A stretch of DNA of 64,000 nt, taken from assembly GCA_043228905.1 (NCBI GenBank), contig JBHGNT010000022.1:6944001-7008000 (forward strand), written 5' to 3'. Below are positions 38,145 through 50,971 of the stretch, one piece after another. Made by a program: the position numbers and the translations under genes. How positions within the stretch are numbered: the first letter of the stretch is position 1; the number at the start of each line of letters is the position of its first letter. The notes beneath the pieces are model-generated. The model made no database searches. It had not been told where the DNA came from and saw only the letters and a program-made list of their open reading frames with translations. The stretch comes from Azolla caroliniana (lineage: Eukaryota > Plantae > Polypodiophyta).

Positions 38145-40716
38145 ATGGCTGCTTATGTTCTCATGTTCCTCCTCCTCCTCATCCTGCTCCTTTTGTCTTC
38201 TGCCCCCCTAGTTATCATATGCCAACAACAGACATTCGCAGCAGCGACTGCTCTTAATGATCCATGGAAACATGAGGGAAGACGTAACGCATTGTATGAT
38301 GATGATGATGATGATGAAGAAGAAGCTGGAGAAGAGAGTTATGCAAAATCTTATCGACATGGGTATGATGATGAAGATGAGAAGCAATATCAGGCTCCTC
38401 CTTCTGCAAGGCATCATGATGATCGGGATGGTGATGGTGATGGTACAAGAAGCCATCGTGGAGGACATCGGCATAGTTTTGTGCTGGATATTGATGATGA
38501 CAGATCATCGTCTCTCTTCCACACAACAGTCTTCAGCACGGAGGCCGGAGAAACGAAGTTCCTTTTGCCACGAGATTCCACTGATGATCATGACAATCAC
38601 GATAACGAGCTCGCAAGGCAGAGGATCGGCTTAAGCTTCCTAACATTAGAGCCTAACGCCCTGTTGTTGCCACACTATACAGATTCAGACTGCCTCTTTG
38701 TGATCAACAAAGGTTTTCTCCCTTTTTGTTTTTCAGTGTAATATATATATATCTGTGGTGCTAGGCTGAGCATGAAGATGTTTGAATGATTTAATAGTAT
38801 TGCATGATAAGCATGGCCCATATTCTATGAGTATATTATATATGTATGTTCCCTTCATTCTTGTGTGCATATATGTAAATGTTCAAATGATGATGATTGA
38901 TGATGATTACTATTACTACAGGCAGAGGCCTCTTTTCATGGATTGATGGGGAGGATCTTCAAAAGTTGCAGTTGGAGGAAGGAGATGTGTATAGGATAGA
39001 GAGTGGCACTGTCTTCTATTTCCTCAATGACGATCAAAATCGAAAGATGCATGTCTTTGGCATCCATGATTTGGCAGCTGGAGGATCTACACGATCTGTG
39101 ATCAGAGACGGGGTGCGATTCCAAATTCTGTGTGTTTTTATAATATATGGCCATACCCATTGATTTGAGCAACCGATGCCTTTTCTCTTTGATGTTTTGA
39201 ATGAGATCCATTAGTCAATGTTTTGTTTTTGTGTTTAATAATGTATTCAGGGTTTCTTTAACGTGGCGGGGGCAGAGACCATTCTATCTGGGTTTGATGA
39301 GGATGTGCTTTCAACCGCCTTCAATGTATGTTGTATGGTTACACAACACAAGGATTTAGGTTTTGGTTACACTCTATGGATAATTTAAGCTAAATAATTG
39401 CGCGCATAATTATTTGGAAATAGGATGCGGCTTAATGAAAAGATATATGTTTTTTATGATTTTGCAGGTATCTGGTGACGAAGTCTATGATCTGCTGAGC
39501 TCTGGAAGGGAAGAAGGACCCATCATCATCTATCATGCGTCGAAGGAGCGCAACCAATCATCAAGTTCTGTTCCTTCAACAACAACAACAACAGAAAAGC
39601 CTCTCGTGAATGTGGTGGCAGAAGTTTTGCTTGAAGACACGAGTGCCCTTCTCCTGCACAGCATACTGAAGAAAGAAGGAGAAGGAGAAGGAGCTCCTGC
39701 CAAGAAGCCACTCAACATATTCCAGAAGAAGCCCATGTTCATGAACGAGTATGGATCCACGAGCGTGGCGGACGAGACCGATTCCGAGCTCCTCAAGCAT
39801 GCCAACAAGGGAGTCTTTTCAGTGAAATTGAAACCTGTGAGTGGTAATCGTAGTAGTAGTAATAATTATTGGGTCATGGTGGAAAATGCCAGGCATTTTA
39901 TCAAGCATGCATCATGGATTCAGTGTTTAGAAAGTTTGAATGAAATTTATAATAAGCAATTATTATTCACATTAACACAATGCATCATGAAAAGAGTGTT
40001 AGAAAGTTTTAATGATTGTATTTTGAGGAATTATGATCGGACAAAAAAATAGAGTATAGAGAGATGTGAATTTTCGATTGAATGAATTGAGTGATGATTG
40101 ATGTACGTACACACACACAGAGTGCAATGTTGGTGCCCCATTGGAACCCGAGGGGCATGGAGATCGCGTTAGTGACGAAGGGGGAGGGAGACATTCAGGT
40201 GGTGGTGCATTCGGATAGTGTTAGTAGAAGTAATGGCGATCTCGAGAGGAGGGTGAGGGAGAGGGTGAGGGAAGGCAGCGTCTTCTACGTCCCTCGGAAC
40301 TTTGGCATGTGTCAGGTGGCATCTACCAATGAACCACTGGAGTTCCTGGGATTCTCAACGTCCTCCAGGCCCAACCATCCCCAGTTCCTTGCAGGTAATA
40401 TATGATATGAAACACACAAAAATTCATATCATATCATATTGTATGAGATGATGATGATGATGATATATATATATATATATATATATATAATGTACATGTA
40501 TTTTATCTCTTGTTTTTAAATTATTTACTACATACTCTGCTAGGATGGAGCTCGGTGCTGAAGAAGGTGGAGGCCGATGTGGTGGCATCGGCATTCAATG
40601 TGCCGGCCGATTACGTGCAGGGATTCTTGGGAAGGCAGGCTCAGGCCGTCATTGTGCCAGGTGTGGTCCCTAAGGCTGAACGAGGAGACAGAAAGCAAAA
40701 TAGCAGCAGCAGCTAA
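38145..40716 (+). CDS. Vicilin/7S globulin-like bicupin storage protein, 6 exons, about 549 aa
   Basis: Exons 38145-38712, 38922-39112, 39251-39325, 39468-39836, 40121-40394 and 40544-40716. All introns are GT-AG and phase-consistent (1650 nt in total). Signal peptide MAAYVLMFLLLLILLLLSSA. Cupin motifs LEPNALLLPHYTDSD, GDVYRIESG, ILSGFDEDVLSTAFN, AMLVPHWNPR, GSVFYVP and PQFLAG. Confidence 0.92.
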
Positions 40717-41389
40717 TTTTCACCTTGTTTGTTCCTAAGCTTGTATATACATGTAGCTCCCATCAGTCAGTAAAGAAAAGAGCTACTAAAATTATCGTTA
40801 TAGAAGTGTCATTTTTGCACGCAGAAAAATAACATAATAAAATATCTTTTTTAGTCTTGTTTTGGACAAAAGAGTCTTCCTTCTCCTCTCTATTTGGCAG
40901 GTAATTTCTATTTAGTAACTATGTCCCAATTAATTTGTCCTCTCTCTATCTCATGGTTTAAGCATTTTTTCGAGTGGAAGTTAGTATCTCTAGTCACTAT
41001 CTACGGCATTTGTACCGTTCTTTTCTGAAGGCCTCGTCACTATTTGATATATAAGAATCATAAATGCGCTCTTAACTTGTGAATCTTCTAGGGATGGAAC
41101 TGCCTTGAACTTGTCTTGGGAATCTCAAATTATCAGGGCCGTCCATTTTATTATGATCTGCATAAAAGAAAAATAATTAAAAAAAGAAATAATAATAATA
41201 ATAAAATAGGGAAGAACGCGATCGAGGTTTGTCTCTTTGTGCGTTGGGTGAAGCTTTATGTGTTAGAAATTAGGGTTTTTGTTTTTCCCAAGCTTTTTGT
41301 GGGAGTTTGTTTGATGAATAGAACTGGAAGATTAGGATTTTTTCTCTCTTTTTGTTTGGGTAATGAATATGCTATACCAACAATGTTGG

Positions 41390-41799
41390 ATGTGTAAGCT
41401 ACAAAAGAATCATAAGAGTTATATCATCCGGTTGGGTTGTTGACATAAGGAAATGGTTTTGAAGATGGGGTGTGGATGATCTTTCAGAGCTTTTGAGCGA
41501 TGCTATATATATTTAATAATCGAGGAAAGGTTGGTGGAATCATAAAAGGATGAAGTGGGAAGATGCTTAACCTTAAATGTTGGTCTCAATATAAAGCAAG
41601 AATGCCTATTGATCATATCCAACCTTATCTCATTACCAATATGAGTTGTAATGCTTGTAGAGCCCTTACATTACTTCGCACTTGATCTCGCCAGTTAGGT
41701 ATTGAAGTTGCATCATGGTATCAAAATGTAATGAATTTGAAGACATGTAAAGTATGCAATGGTAGAGGATGAATGTCACTTGCTCTTCACATGCTCGAC
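41390..41799 (+). mobile_element. LINE ORF2 C-terminal zinc-finger remnant
   Basis: Translates with a frameshift as LLRT*SRQLGIEVASWY...TCKVCN..EDECHLLFTC, typical of the C-terminus of non-LTR elements. Confidence 0.6.
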
Positions 41800-42730
41800 T
41801 ATAAAGATTTTTACGCAGAAGCTAAATAGATCTCAACTGGCTCAGTCGGATAGCAACAAAAGCCATAGAGAATAGAATACATAGTGTAGGTGAGAGAGAG
41901 CGCAATGCAATGAATCTCTATTGCAAAAAAAGGCTCTGTAAAAACTTTGTACATACAAATGTGCATCATAGCACTTTTAATATTTCAATGCTCGTATTAA
42001 GCTATGACACTAACTCCTGAAAATATGCCTATCTACTAGGCTAGGGCCTACCAGTTACACCGATACGGCCCTCCTTTCTAGACACCAATTCGGACACTGA
42101 TCCGGCTCTTGGCTTATTCAGCCGATCCGGATCATGTTGAGCTTGCCCACTCAACACTCCCCCTCAAGTTCCATTTGAGGTCAAATCATGGTGTTTGACT
42201 TTGTCAGTCCTTGCTTCCGGCTACTCCTAGCATCTCCACACCTCGCTCGCGCTCCTAAACCCGTCCGGTCCCGCTTTCCACGACCCGTCTAGTTCCACGC
42301 ACCTCTTGTCCCACCTGGCCTTCACAGGATCTGTCTCGTCCAGATCACTCTTTTCTTCTAAATCAGTTGTCTCTGATTCATCTTCTTCAAGGACCTTAAC
42401 CACATTTGACCATGTCTTGGTCCTACCCTTCTTGGCATTACCTCCCCCTTCTTCGGTCAGCTTTAGCTTAGGTCCGTTCCTTTGGTCACTCTACCTGTAT
42501 CTGTCATTGGCTTCTTTAGTTGTCCTGAAGTCAAATTCTTCATCCGATTCGGTTTTCCAGACTTCTACTTCTTGTTGTCTTCCACTCCTTGTCCCCCTCA
42601 AGGTCAGCATGTCGAGGTGCTGCAAACCAAGTGCTCCCGAGAATTGCCGCAACTTGTCTAGGCGAAGGGGTTTGGTGACGATATCAACAGTTTTGCCGAT
42701 CTGCAGGAACATACACAAGTTCCACTTCAT
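41800..42730 (-). mobile_element. Copia family A-related 3' end (RNase H tail, Pol extension, PPT, LTR 41800-42156)
   Basis: DIVTKPLRLDKLRQFSGALGLQHLDMLTLRG. PPT complement CTCCCCCTCAAG at 42157. The LTR is homologous to other family A LTRs. Confidence 0.85.
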
Positions 42731-43061
42731 GTCATGGACACACCAAGTGCAGACTAGGACAGAGTACAGATGATGGGGCTACGAGCGACAGATGAACTTG
42801 GAGCTAGATGTGACAAGGCTTGGAATTCTAGATGTTATGAGCGACATGAGGGCATGAAGACAGAAATAAAGATCAAGGAGACAAAGATGAGGCGAAACGA
42901 GAATACTAGATTGATGTGTCGATGACTGGTGTTGAATCCCCTGAAAGGGACCAAGGAGGTTACAAGTATAAATACTGTGAGTTGAAGTACATGCATTAGA
43001 ATATTCTAGAACCCTCTAGAACCTTTTGGTTCTATAACTTTCTAAAAACTCCTAGAACATG

Positions 43062-44575
43062 TGTAAAAGTTAGCGTGCAGAAGCTTATGCCAAACCGGCT
43101 CTGCCGGATAGTAACAATAAAGAGAAGAAAGCTTAATGGAAGCTTAACACACAGAGAATAAACATACACAGGAGAGAGAGAGAGAGAGTCGAACATAAAA
43201 ATCTATTCAAAATAATACTCTCAATATTTTGTGTACATAGAATATGCTCAGAGAGCACTTTTATACAAGTCCATAAGGGACTGACAAAAGTACTGATAGG
43301 TACTTCAATATTCCTACGTGCGACTGACACTAACTACTAGACAATGATTACCTAGTAGTCTAGGCTACAACTAGGCTTCCAATTCGCACTCGAATCCGGC
43401 TCTCTGATCCGTCTCCCCGATCCGGCTGGTTGTATCCGGATATCGATCTGGCTCTTGTTTCCGGAGTACACCTCCTCTTCTAACTCGCTTTGGAGAAAGG
43501 TGTTCTTTACATCCATTTGGTGGAGGTGCTACCCTTTTGCTGCTGCAGGCGTGATCATTGTTGGGATGGTTGTCATCTTTTCCATCGGGGCAAAGGTCTC
43601 TTCATAATCGACATTGTGAGACTGCACATACCCTTTTGCAACAAGCCGAGCCTTATACCGATTGACAGTGTCGTCCGCATTGTGGCTCACCTTGAATATC
43701 CATTGGCATCTGATTGCCTTTTGATGGGGTGAAGATGGAAAGAGATACCATGTCTCATTTTTGGAGAGTGCTTGTGTCTCCTCGTTCATCGCTTTGACCC
43801 ATCGTGGGTCCTTCGTGGCTTCGGAAAATGTTTCCGGCTCTCGGGTTGTCACCACCTTCATCATGAATGCATAATGGTATGCCATGTCGTCATTGCAGCC
43901 GAATCGGCTGACTACGTTCTTTTCTCTAGTGGAGCGACGAGGTGCCCCTGGTGTCCTCATGCTAGGTAAATCCAATCCACCATACTCATTGTCAGGTGAG
44001 TGATCCGATTCGTTTTCATCTGGGTCTTCGTACTCAAGCATTTTGGACTTTCTTTTGTCCTACTTCAAACTCGGTGGCAACATGCTTTGGTCGCTCAGGG
44101 GCTCTTGTGGTTCACTCAATCTAGTTCCGGTTGAGATTGGACTTTCCTCAGTTTTGAGCCTTAGTCGATCATTCTCCTACGAGTCAATTATATCAAAATC
44201 GGTTTCGATTAGGTCGGATGGAGGCGAATCGACCATGTACCAGGATGCCGACTTGTCGAATACGACATCCCTACTCACTTGTACCTTCTTGGTTGAGGGG
44301 TTGAAGCACTTATACCCCTTTTGTTTCGAGCGAGTACCACACAAGTATACACTTGTCCCATTTCGGATCGAGGTTTTGCCGCTTTTCATAGGGAATGTGT
44401 ACAAATGCGATAAAGCCGAATATTCGTACATGGGATAGATCTGGCTTCTTCCCATAGAACTTCTCATGGGGGGTGACATTGTGCACTCTGGATGTTGTGC
44501 AACGATTCATTAGATAGATGGTCGTGTTCGCTGCTTCAGCCTAGTAAGGTTTCGGCAAACGTTTCTCGTTCATCA
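43062..44575 (-). mobile_element. Family A LTR (43062-~43465) joined to a copia integrase/RT remnant
   Basis: The LTR closely resembles 2510-2870. ORFs with [19 protein letters not shown] and KQKGYKCFNP..VSRDVVFD. Confidence 0.8.
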
Positions 44576-44964
44576 TGTTAAGAATCGACCGGCCACAACC
44601 CGTTACACGTTCATATTCATTCGTAAACGTGAAGATACAAAGACACCGATATTTTACGTGGAAAACCCGAAATGGGAAAAAACACAACTACAGAACTTGG
44701 AGACAACGATCTCCAGTTCTTCTTTGTCTGACAGATGGCTACAGAGTTACACTCTCACTCATGGTTACAAAGGCAATTACCTTGTTCTAACTTTACAATA
44801 ATGATCAACTACACTTACTAAAGTTTGCCCTACTTTCTGGCTATTTACAAGTATAGCCCACAAGGGCATTTTAGACTATTTACAATTATAGTCTTCTTAA
44901 ACGATTTCGAAAATGGTTTCCGTTTCCATTTCCGTTTCGGCCTCGGCTAAGATACTCACCAACA
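44576..44964 (-). mobile_element. Family C-type LTR without matching TSD
   Basis: TGTTA...CAACA ends. CGGCCACAACC and ACGTGGAAAA motifs as in the 29.5-kb LTR. Flanks CATCA and CGGAA differ. Confidence 0.7.
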
Positions 44965-45217
44965 CGGAAAATTTTCTAACTAAACCTCTCCAACATTCTG
45001 AACACATTATTTGTTGCAAGCAAGTTGGATTAATCGATGTAATTGAAGACAAAGATAAAAATCTACACTTCTAGAAAACTGCCTCATGAGGTTTCCCTCA
45101 TGAGAAGGAAACTGCCTTGGTGATGGTCTTTTATAGCCACCACCATTGTTAATAGTTAGGGTGTTATGTCATACTAAAACTTTTGTTCCCTCATTCTCTC
45201 TCTTTTTTTTATCGTAA

Positions 45218-45283
45218 TTAGCTTACCCTAGTGGTAAGTCGATAACACTACAAGCACTGTGTCTTGGGTTCGAAACCCAATTT
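45218..45283 (+). ncRNA. tRNA-like A/B-box cassette of the same type as the 19.9-kb array
   Basis: TTAGCTTACCCTAGTGGTAAG-20 nt-GTGTCTTGGGTTCGAAACCCAA. Confidence 0.6.
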
Positions 45284-45337
45284 CCTTACCTCTCTATTAT
45301 ATACTTCATATATATCTCTATTTCACTAGATGCCACT

Positions 45338-45409
45338 ATGGAATGTAGGGGTTGAACCCATGACCACCTAGTCTCCACTGGGCAACCTTACCAACTAAGC
45401 TACATCCAT
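45338..45409 (-). ncRNA. tRNA-derived 72-nt near-cloverleaf (pseudo-tRNA)
   Basis: The minus strand reads ATGGATG TA GCTTAGTTGGTAAGG TTG CCCAG TGGAGA CTAGG TGGTC ATGGG TTCAACC CCTAC ATTCCAT. Acceptor, D, anticodon-like and T arms are present but imperfect. Confidence 0.6.
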
Positions 45410-45786
45410 CTGGGCTTCCCTCGTTCTCTCTCTCTATCTCTATCTCTCTCTCTCCCTTCTTTTTCCTACAAAGTAGTTATACCTTATACACTCCTTGTAT
45501 GTGTATTGTAAGGTCTTTTATTAATCGGTTGACATTAATATACACATTGTTTGTCTTTGTTATTATGTGTATGTTTCCTCCCTGTTAGTCTTAAGACTTA
45601 ATTAGTCTCTGAATCAAGGTCAGAGAATCAAGGTTTAACGTGAGGAAGTGAGAGTGAGAGCGTTTGTAACTTGTTCGCAAAGTTACGATAGTGTAAATAT
45701 AGTAGCTCAAGAATGATTGACAATCATTGTTGCCCATTTTGTTACCAATAGGGTATACAAACCTCCTTTTGTTTTTTCATTATATT

Positions 45787-48700
45787 TGTTGAGCGACAAG
45801 CTCAACCGGATCTAGATCGGCTGAATAAGCCTGAGCCGGTTTGCCTGACGCTTCCGCACCTTCGTTTTTACATGGTATCAAAGCGCGAGGGTTGAGAACC
45901 TCTACGGCCGACATCAGCATCAGAAGACAAACCCTAAGACTCGGTAAGAACAGAAAGAGAAGTGATGGATAGAGGAATGGCTAGCTCGCTTCTGGTGGAG
46001 AAGCTCGACAGATCCAACTACGCATCTTGGTCATACAAGATGCACCAACACCTGCTTGGGCATGGTTACTAGAGCTATGTCAACGAAACTAATGACACAG
46101 CACCTGATGCGGCACACAAGGACTTCCCAGTGTGGGAACAAGCAGCAAGCAGAGTGATGTACTGCTTTGCGTCCAGTGTCGGAGACCAGCTGCTGAGCCA
46201 TGTCCGAGATGCCAAGACACCAAAAGTTGCTTGGGGAAACCTGAAGAAGGTTTTCGCGGCAAGCACTACGACCCAGAAGCTGCAACTCCAATAGGAGTTG
46301 AGCAATGTCCAATAGAAGGACATGTCAGTAGCCGATTACACAGCCTGAATCAAAGAGATCTACGACTCACTTGCCTCTATCAACGTCACTATAGAGGAAG
46401 ATGAGATGGTGCAGATCTATCTAGGGGGCCTAGCATCTAAGTTCAGAGCGTTATGAATGGTTGTATGTACAAGGGAGAATACGCCGTCATTTTTTGACCT
46501 ACAATCAATGCTCCTTGTAGACGAGAACCACGCCGGTGCATCAACAAGTGCACCCACCGACAGTTGGATGCTGTACACGGAGGTGGATCGGCCCTGTGGG
46601 TGTGGTGGACGAGGCGGGTCAGCTCACAATGGTAGCGGCCGGCAAGAGCAGGACCAAAGGCACAAAGAACGTGCCGACAATAGTTCCGGACCCTCCACAA
46701 GCAAGGGGAGTCAAGGCGGTGCCGGAGGCCGGCAAGCAAAGGCCAACACGAAATGTTGGTATTGTGGTAAAAAGGGCCACAGAGAAAGCGAGTGCTGGAA
46801 GAAGCGCGCCGATTCGGACAGATCCGGATCTGGCAAGGTTGGCAGAGACAACCGACAATACTCGCACTATGCAGAAGGATCGAGAGGATCCAAAACCCAA
46901 AAAGTCGGTAAAGGGCCAGCCTTGGTGATTAAACACGAGGCTAACTCAATGAAGAAGACCACTTCCAAATCGGAGGAAGTGTGGTATGTTGACTCCGGTG
47001 CGTCGAATCACATGACGAGCCACAAAGAGTGGTTCTCTTTCCTAGAGAAACCGGGACAACCGGGAGTTTTCGAAACCGGAGACGACACTCCTCACCGAAT
47101 CGTGCATGTTGGAGAAGTCCCTTTGAGCCACGTTGGACAGAGGGGGAAGCAGATGAACGTATTACACGTTCCGACTATCACGAAGAACCTGGTGTCTGTT
47201 GGACAGATTGTTGACCAGGGGATGCAGGTGCGGTTTACGCACCTCGAGTGCTTCATCGAGGAAGAGGGCCAAATCATTGTGCAAGGGCGCAGAGACGAGA
47301 GGATGTTTATCCTCAACACCAATGACGTCAGCACCGCTTTGTTCGCCAAAGGACAGAAGATTGAATTGGATATTGATCTCTGGCACAAGCAGATCGACCA
47401 CGTCAATTATCGGAGGCTTCTAGACCTGCAATCGAAACAAGTCATTTTCGGTTTCCTAAAATTTAGCAACTGGAAGGCCGAAATTTGTGAAGCCTACCAA
47501 CTCGGGAAGTAACACCGGCTTCCATTCCCCACCGAATGAAACCGTAGCCATAACAAGCTCAACCTTATTCATTCGGATGTATGGGCACCGGCACAGAACG
47601 TTAGTCTTGGCGGGAGTCGATACTTCGTCTCCTTCATTGACGACTACAGCCGGCACACATGGATCTACCTCATTGAGCAGAAGAGCAAAGTCTTCGAGTG
47701 TTTCCGGAACGTGCAAAGCCTAGTTGAACGGGAAACGGAGAGGAAGATCAAGTGCCTGCGGTCGAATGGCGGAAAAGAATATTTTCCCGGTCAATTCAAC
47801 AGTTATCTACAGCAAAAAGGAATTCAAAGAGAGTTCAATTGCAGTGGCCAAGAGGAGGAACCAATCTCTTATCGACGTGGCAAGGGCGATGCTGGAGGAG
47901 AAGAGCATGCCCAAATTCTACTGGGCTGAGGCGGTCTGGATGGCCATCTATATCCAAAACCGGATCGATGACAAGGTGTCCACGCATGAGCTATATTTTG
48001 GGCGCAAGCCGAATTTGCGACACCTTCAGATATTCAATAGCATTGCTTATGTGCATGTGCCGGATGAGAAGCGGAGGAAGTTGGATGCAAAGTCGGAAAA
48101 ATGCATCCTGGTCGGTTACTCGCATGAGCAAAAGGGGTATAAGTGTTATAACCCCCTGACGAAGCAGGTCTGAGTTAGCCGGGATGTTAATTTTGATGAG
48201 ACGGCATCATGGTATGCCTTACCGGCTCCGACTTCCAACCTCGACCCGATACCAGAGGATGAGGCTAGTGAGCCTGAACTGGTCCAGTTAGAAGATGAAG
48301 GGTTCAAGACTCTAGATGAGAGTCCGGAATCGTTTCGGTTAAGTGGACCGAATGAGTGGTTGAGTCGGGATAACCAGTCGAATGAGGAACCGGTGAGTAG
48401 TGGAGACTCTGTCGTGCTCTCCCTACGCAAAGAACCGAGGAGACAATTCACGCGCAAAGAGAAGGGGAAGAAGAACATGCCGGAATACGAAACCGGCAAC
48501 GTTGAGTCGGATCGGAGCGAATCCGACTCTGGTAAGGAAGAAGGTGGATCTTCGGGAACAAAGTCCGAATCGGCCAAGAACGGCCTCAAACTAGGTAACG
48601 GTAGATTACACCAATCTTCCCGCCAGAAGAACCCCGTGAAGCGGTACGGGTACAATGAGTACATGGCGCATCACTAAAGCGTACATGACCAAGGTGGCGG

Positions 48701-50885
48701 AAGTGCGTGAGCCGGAGAGCTACGTAGAAGCGGCAAAGGACGCAAATTGGCGTGCCGCTATGGAGGAAGAAATGCGAGCACTTGATGCCAACGACACATG
48801 GGACCTAGTTGACCCTCCCCGACACTTTAAACCGATCAAATGTAAGTGGGTGTACAAGGTAAAGTACAATGCCGACGGTTCGGTTAACTGGTACAAGGCC
48901 CGGTTAGTGGCGAAGGTATATGTGCAGACCCGCGGAATCGACTACGACGAGACCTTCGCTCCGGTAGCAAAGATGACGATGGTTCGTGTGGTGTTGGCGG
49001 TTGTTGCGGCAAGGGGGTGGCATCATCACCAGATGGATGTGAAGAATGCATTTCTTCAAGGCGATCTTGAAGAAGAGGTCTTTATGACCCAACCCCCCGG
49101 TTTCCAGTCGGAGATGAACAAGTCGATTGTATGCCGGCTGAAGAAGTCACTTTATGGCCTGAAGCAAGCCCCCTGATCTTGGAATGCGAAGATCACTCAC
49201 CGGTTGCGTAAGATGGGGTTTGCGGCCTCCAAGTCTGACTCTTCGTTGTTCATCCGGCAAGGTCCGGACGGTCCCGTTTGCATTTTGTTGTATGTTGATG
49301 ATCTAGTTATCACCGGACCCAAACTTGATGAAATCAACGGAGTCAAGTCCCAACTATCGGACGCATTTGAGATGAAGGACCTAGGGGACCTTCACTATTT
49401 CCTTGGGATCGAGGTGATCCGAACCCCTGACGGCATATTGCTCTCACAAAGACACTATGTGTTGAATATGTTGTACAAGTTCGGCATGACGGAATGCCGA
49501 CCGATCTCCACACCCCTAGACCGGAACCAGAAGCTCTGTCCCGACTCAGGACCGGCGTGCGATGAGAAGCAGTTCCGACAAATCGTCGGAAGCCTTATAT
49601 ATTGGACAATCACCCAACCCGACATTAGTTATCCGATTGGCATGATCAGCCAATATATGCAGAAGCCAACCGTGGAGCACCTTCTGTGCGCGCATCGAAT
49701 TTTGTGATATGTGAGCAACACGAAGGACCGAGGATTGTTATACCAGCATGGTATAACCAAAGAGCTAGTCGGCTACACCGATGCCGACTGGGCCGGCGAT
49801 GCATTAGATCGTCGATCCACCTCCGGCTATATGTTTTCCCTTGGTAGTGCGGTTGTTACGTGGAGCAGCAAAAAGCAGCCAACAGTGGCCCTTTCGAGCA
49901 CTGAGGTTGAATATCAGGGCGCTACCATTGCCACCTGTGAAGCCATTTGGCTTCGGCGATTGCTGCAAAACCTGTGGATCGAGGTGCCGACCCCGATCCT
50001 GATCTATTGCGACAACATAAGTAGCATGCAGCCCGCCAAGAACCCCGTATTCCATGCTTGCACAAAGCACATAGAAGTGCACTACCACTTCGTGCGTGAG
50101 TGTGTTCTGAGCGGTGAAGTTGAACTTCGGTATGTTCATACGAATCGGCAAGTTGCCGACATCTTCACCAAACCGCTCAGATCGGACAAGTTGCAGCACT
50201 TCAACGAAATGCTTGGTGTTCAGCATCTCGATGTGCCACACTTCAGGGGGAGAACAGGCAAAGACACCGGAATGGGCAAAGGCAAAGAAATTGCCAATTG
50301 CGTCGGTGAGAGAAGAATTGACAAAGGGGGAGACAAGAAGAAGGCCAAGACCCGGACATGGTCCGATGTGGCGAAGGGCCTGGAACCAGAAGACGAATCA
50401 GAGACAGTCGATTCGGTTCAACAAACGGATTCGGAAGAACTAGATCAACTGAAGGGTAAGCGGGCGAGAAGGCAGTGGAAGTCGACACCAACACGAAGGA
50501 ACCGGCGGATCGACAAGCGCCGAAGTCACAGCAGCGAGGGAGCTGAATTGGGCCTGTTGAGCAAACAAGCCGACCGAGGAGGTCGAGGTGCGCAGAATCA
50601 AAAGGGCCGGTGAGCTGGGGAGACGGTTAGCCGGATCTAGCAGTAACCGGAAGCCTAGTAGTAGCCTAGACTACTAGGTAGTTAGTGACTCGCAGTTAGT
50701 GCCAGACGCTCGTGTGAGCATTGAAGTACACCGTACTTCTGTCAGTCCTCTTAGGAATTTTATAAATAGTGTTGTTGAGCACGTTGTAAGTAGACAGTAT
50801 TTTCGTACAGAGAACTATTATTGTTTTGTAATAAATTTTTAACATTCTGCTCATTCTTTGTCTCTCCTATGTACACTCTGTGTGT

Positions 50886-50921
<36 letters not shown>

Positions 50922-50971
50922 CTATCCGGCTAAGCCGGTTTGTCTAACACTTCCGCACCTTCGTTTTTACA
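45787..50971 (+). mobile_element. Near full-length copia family A element (A6) with TSD; both LTRs partly deleted
   Basis: TSD ATATT (45782-45786 and 50972-50976). 86-bp 5' LTR. PBS TGGTATCAAAGC at 45873. Gag-PR-IN-RT-RH with scattered stops. 3' LTR ~50612-50971. Confidence 0.93.

Noticed and set aside
45338-45409. Functional tRNA gene
   Set aside because: The anticodon loop is 6 nt, there are extra bases after the D arm, and the stems have mismatches. The other cassettes are even less canonical.
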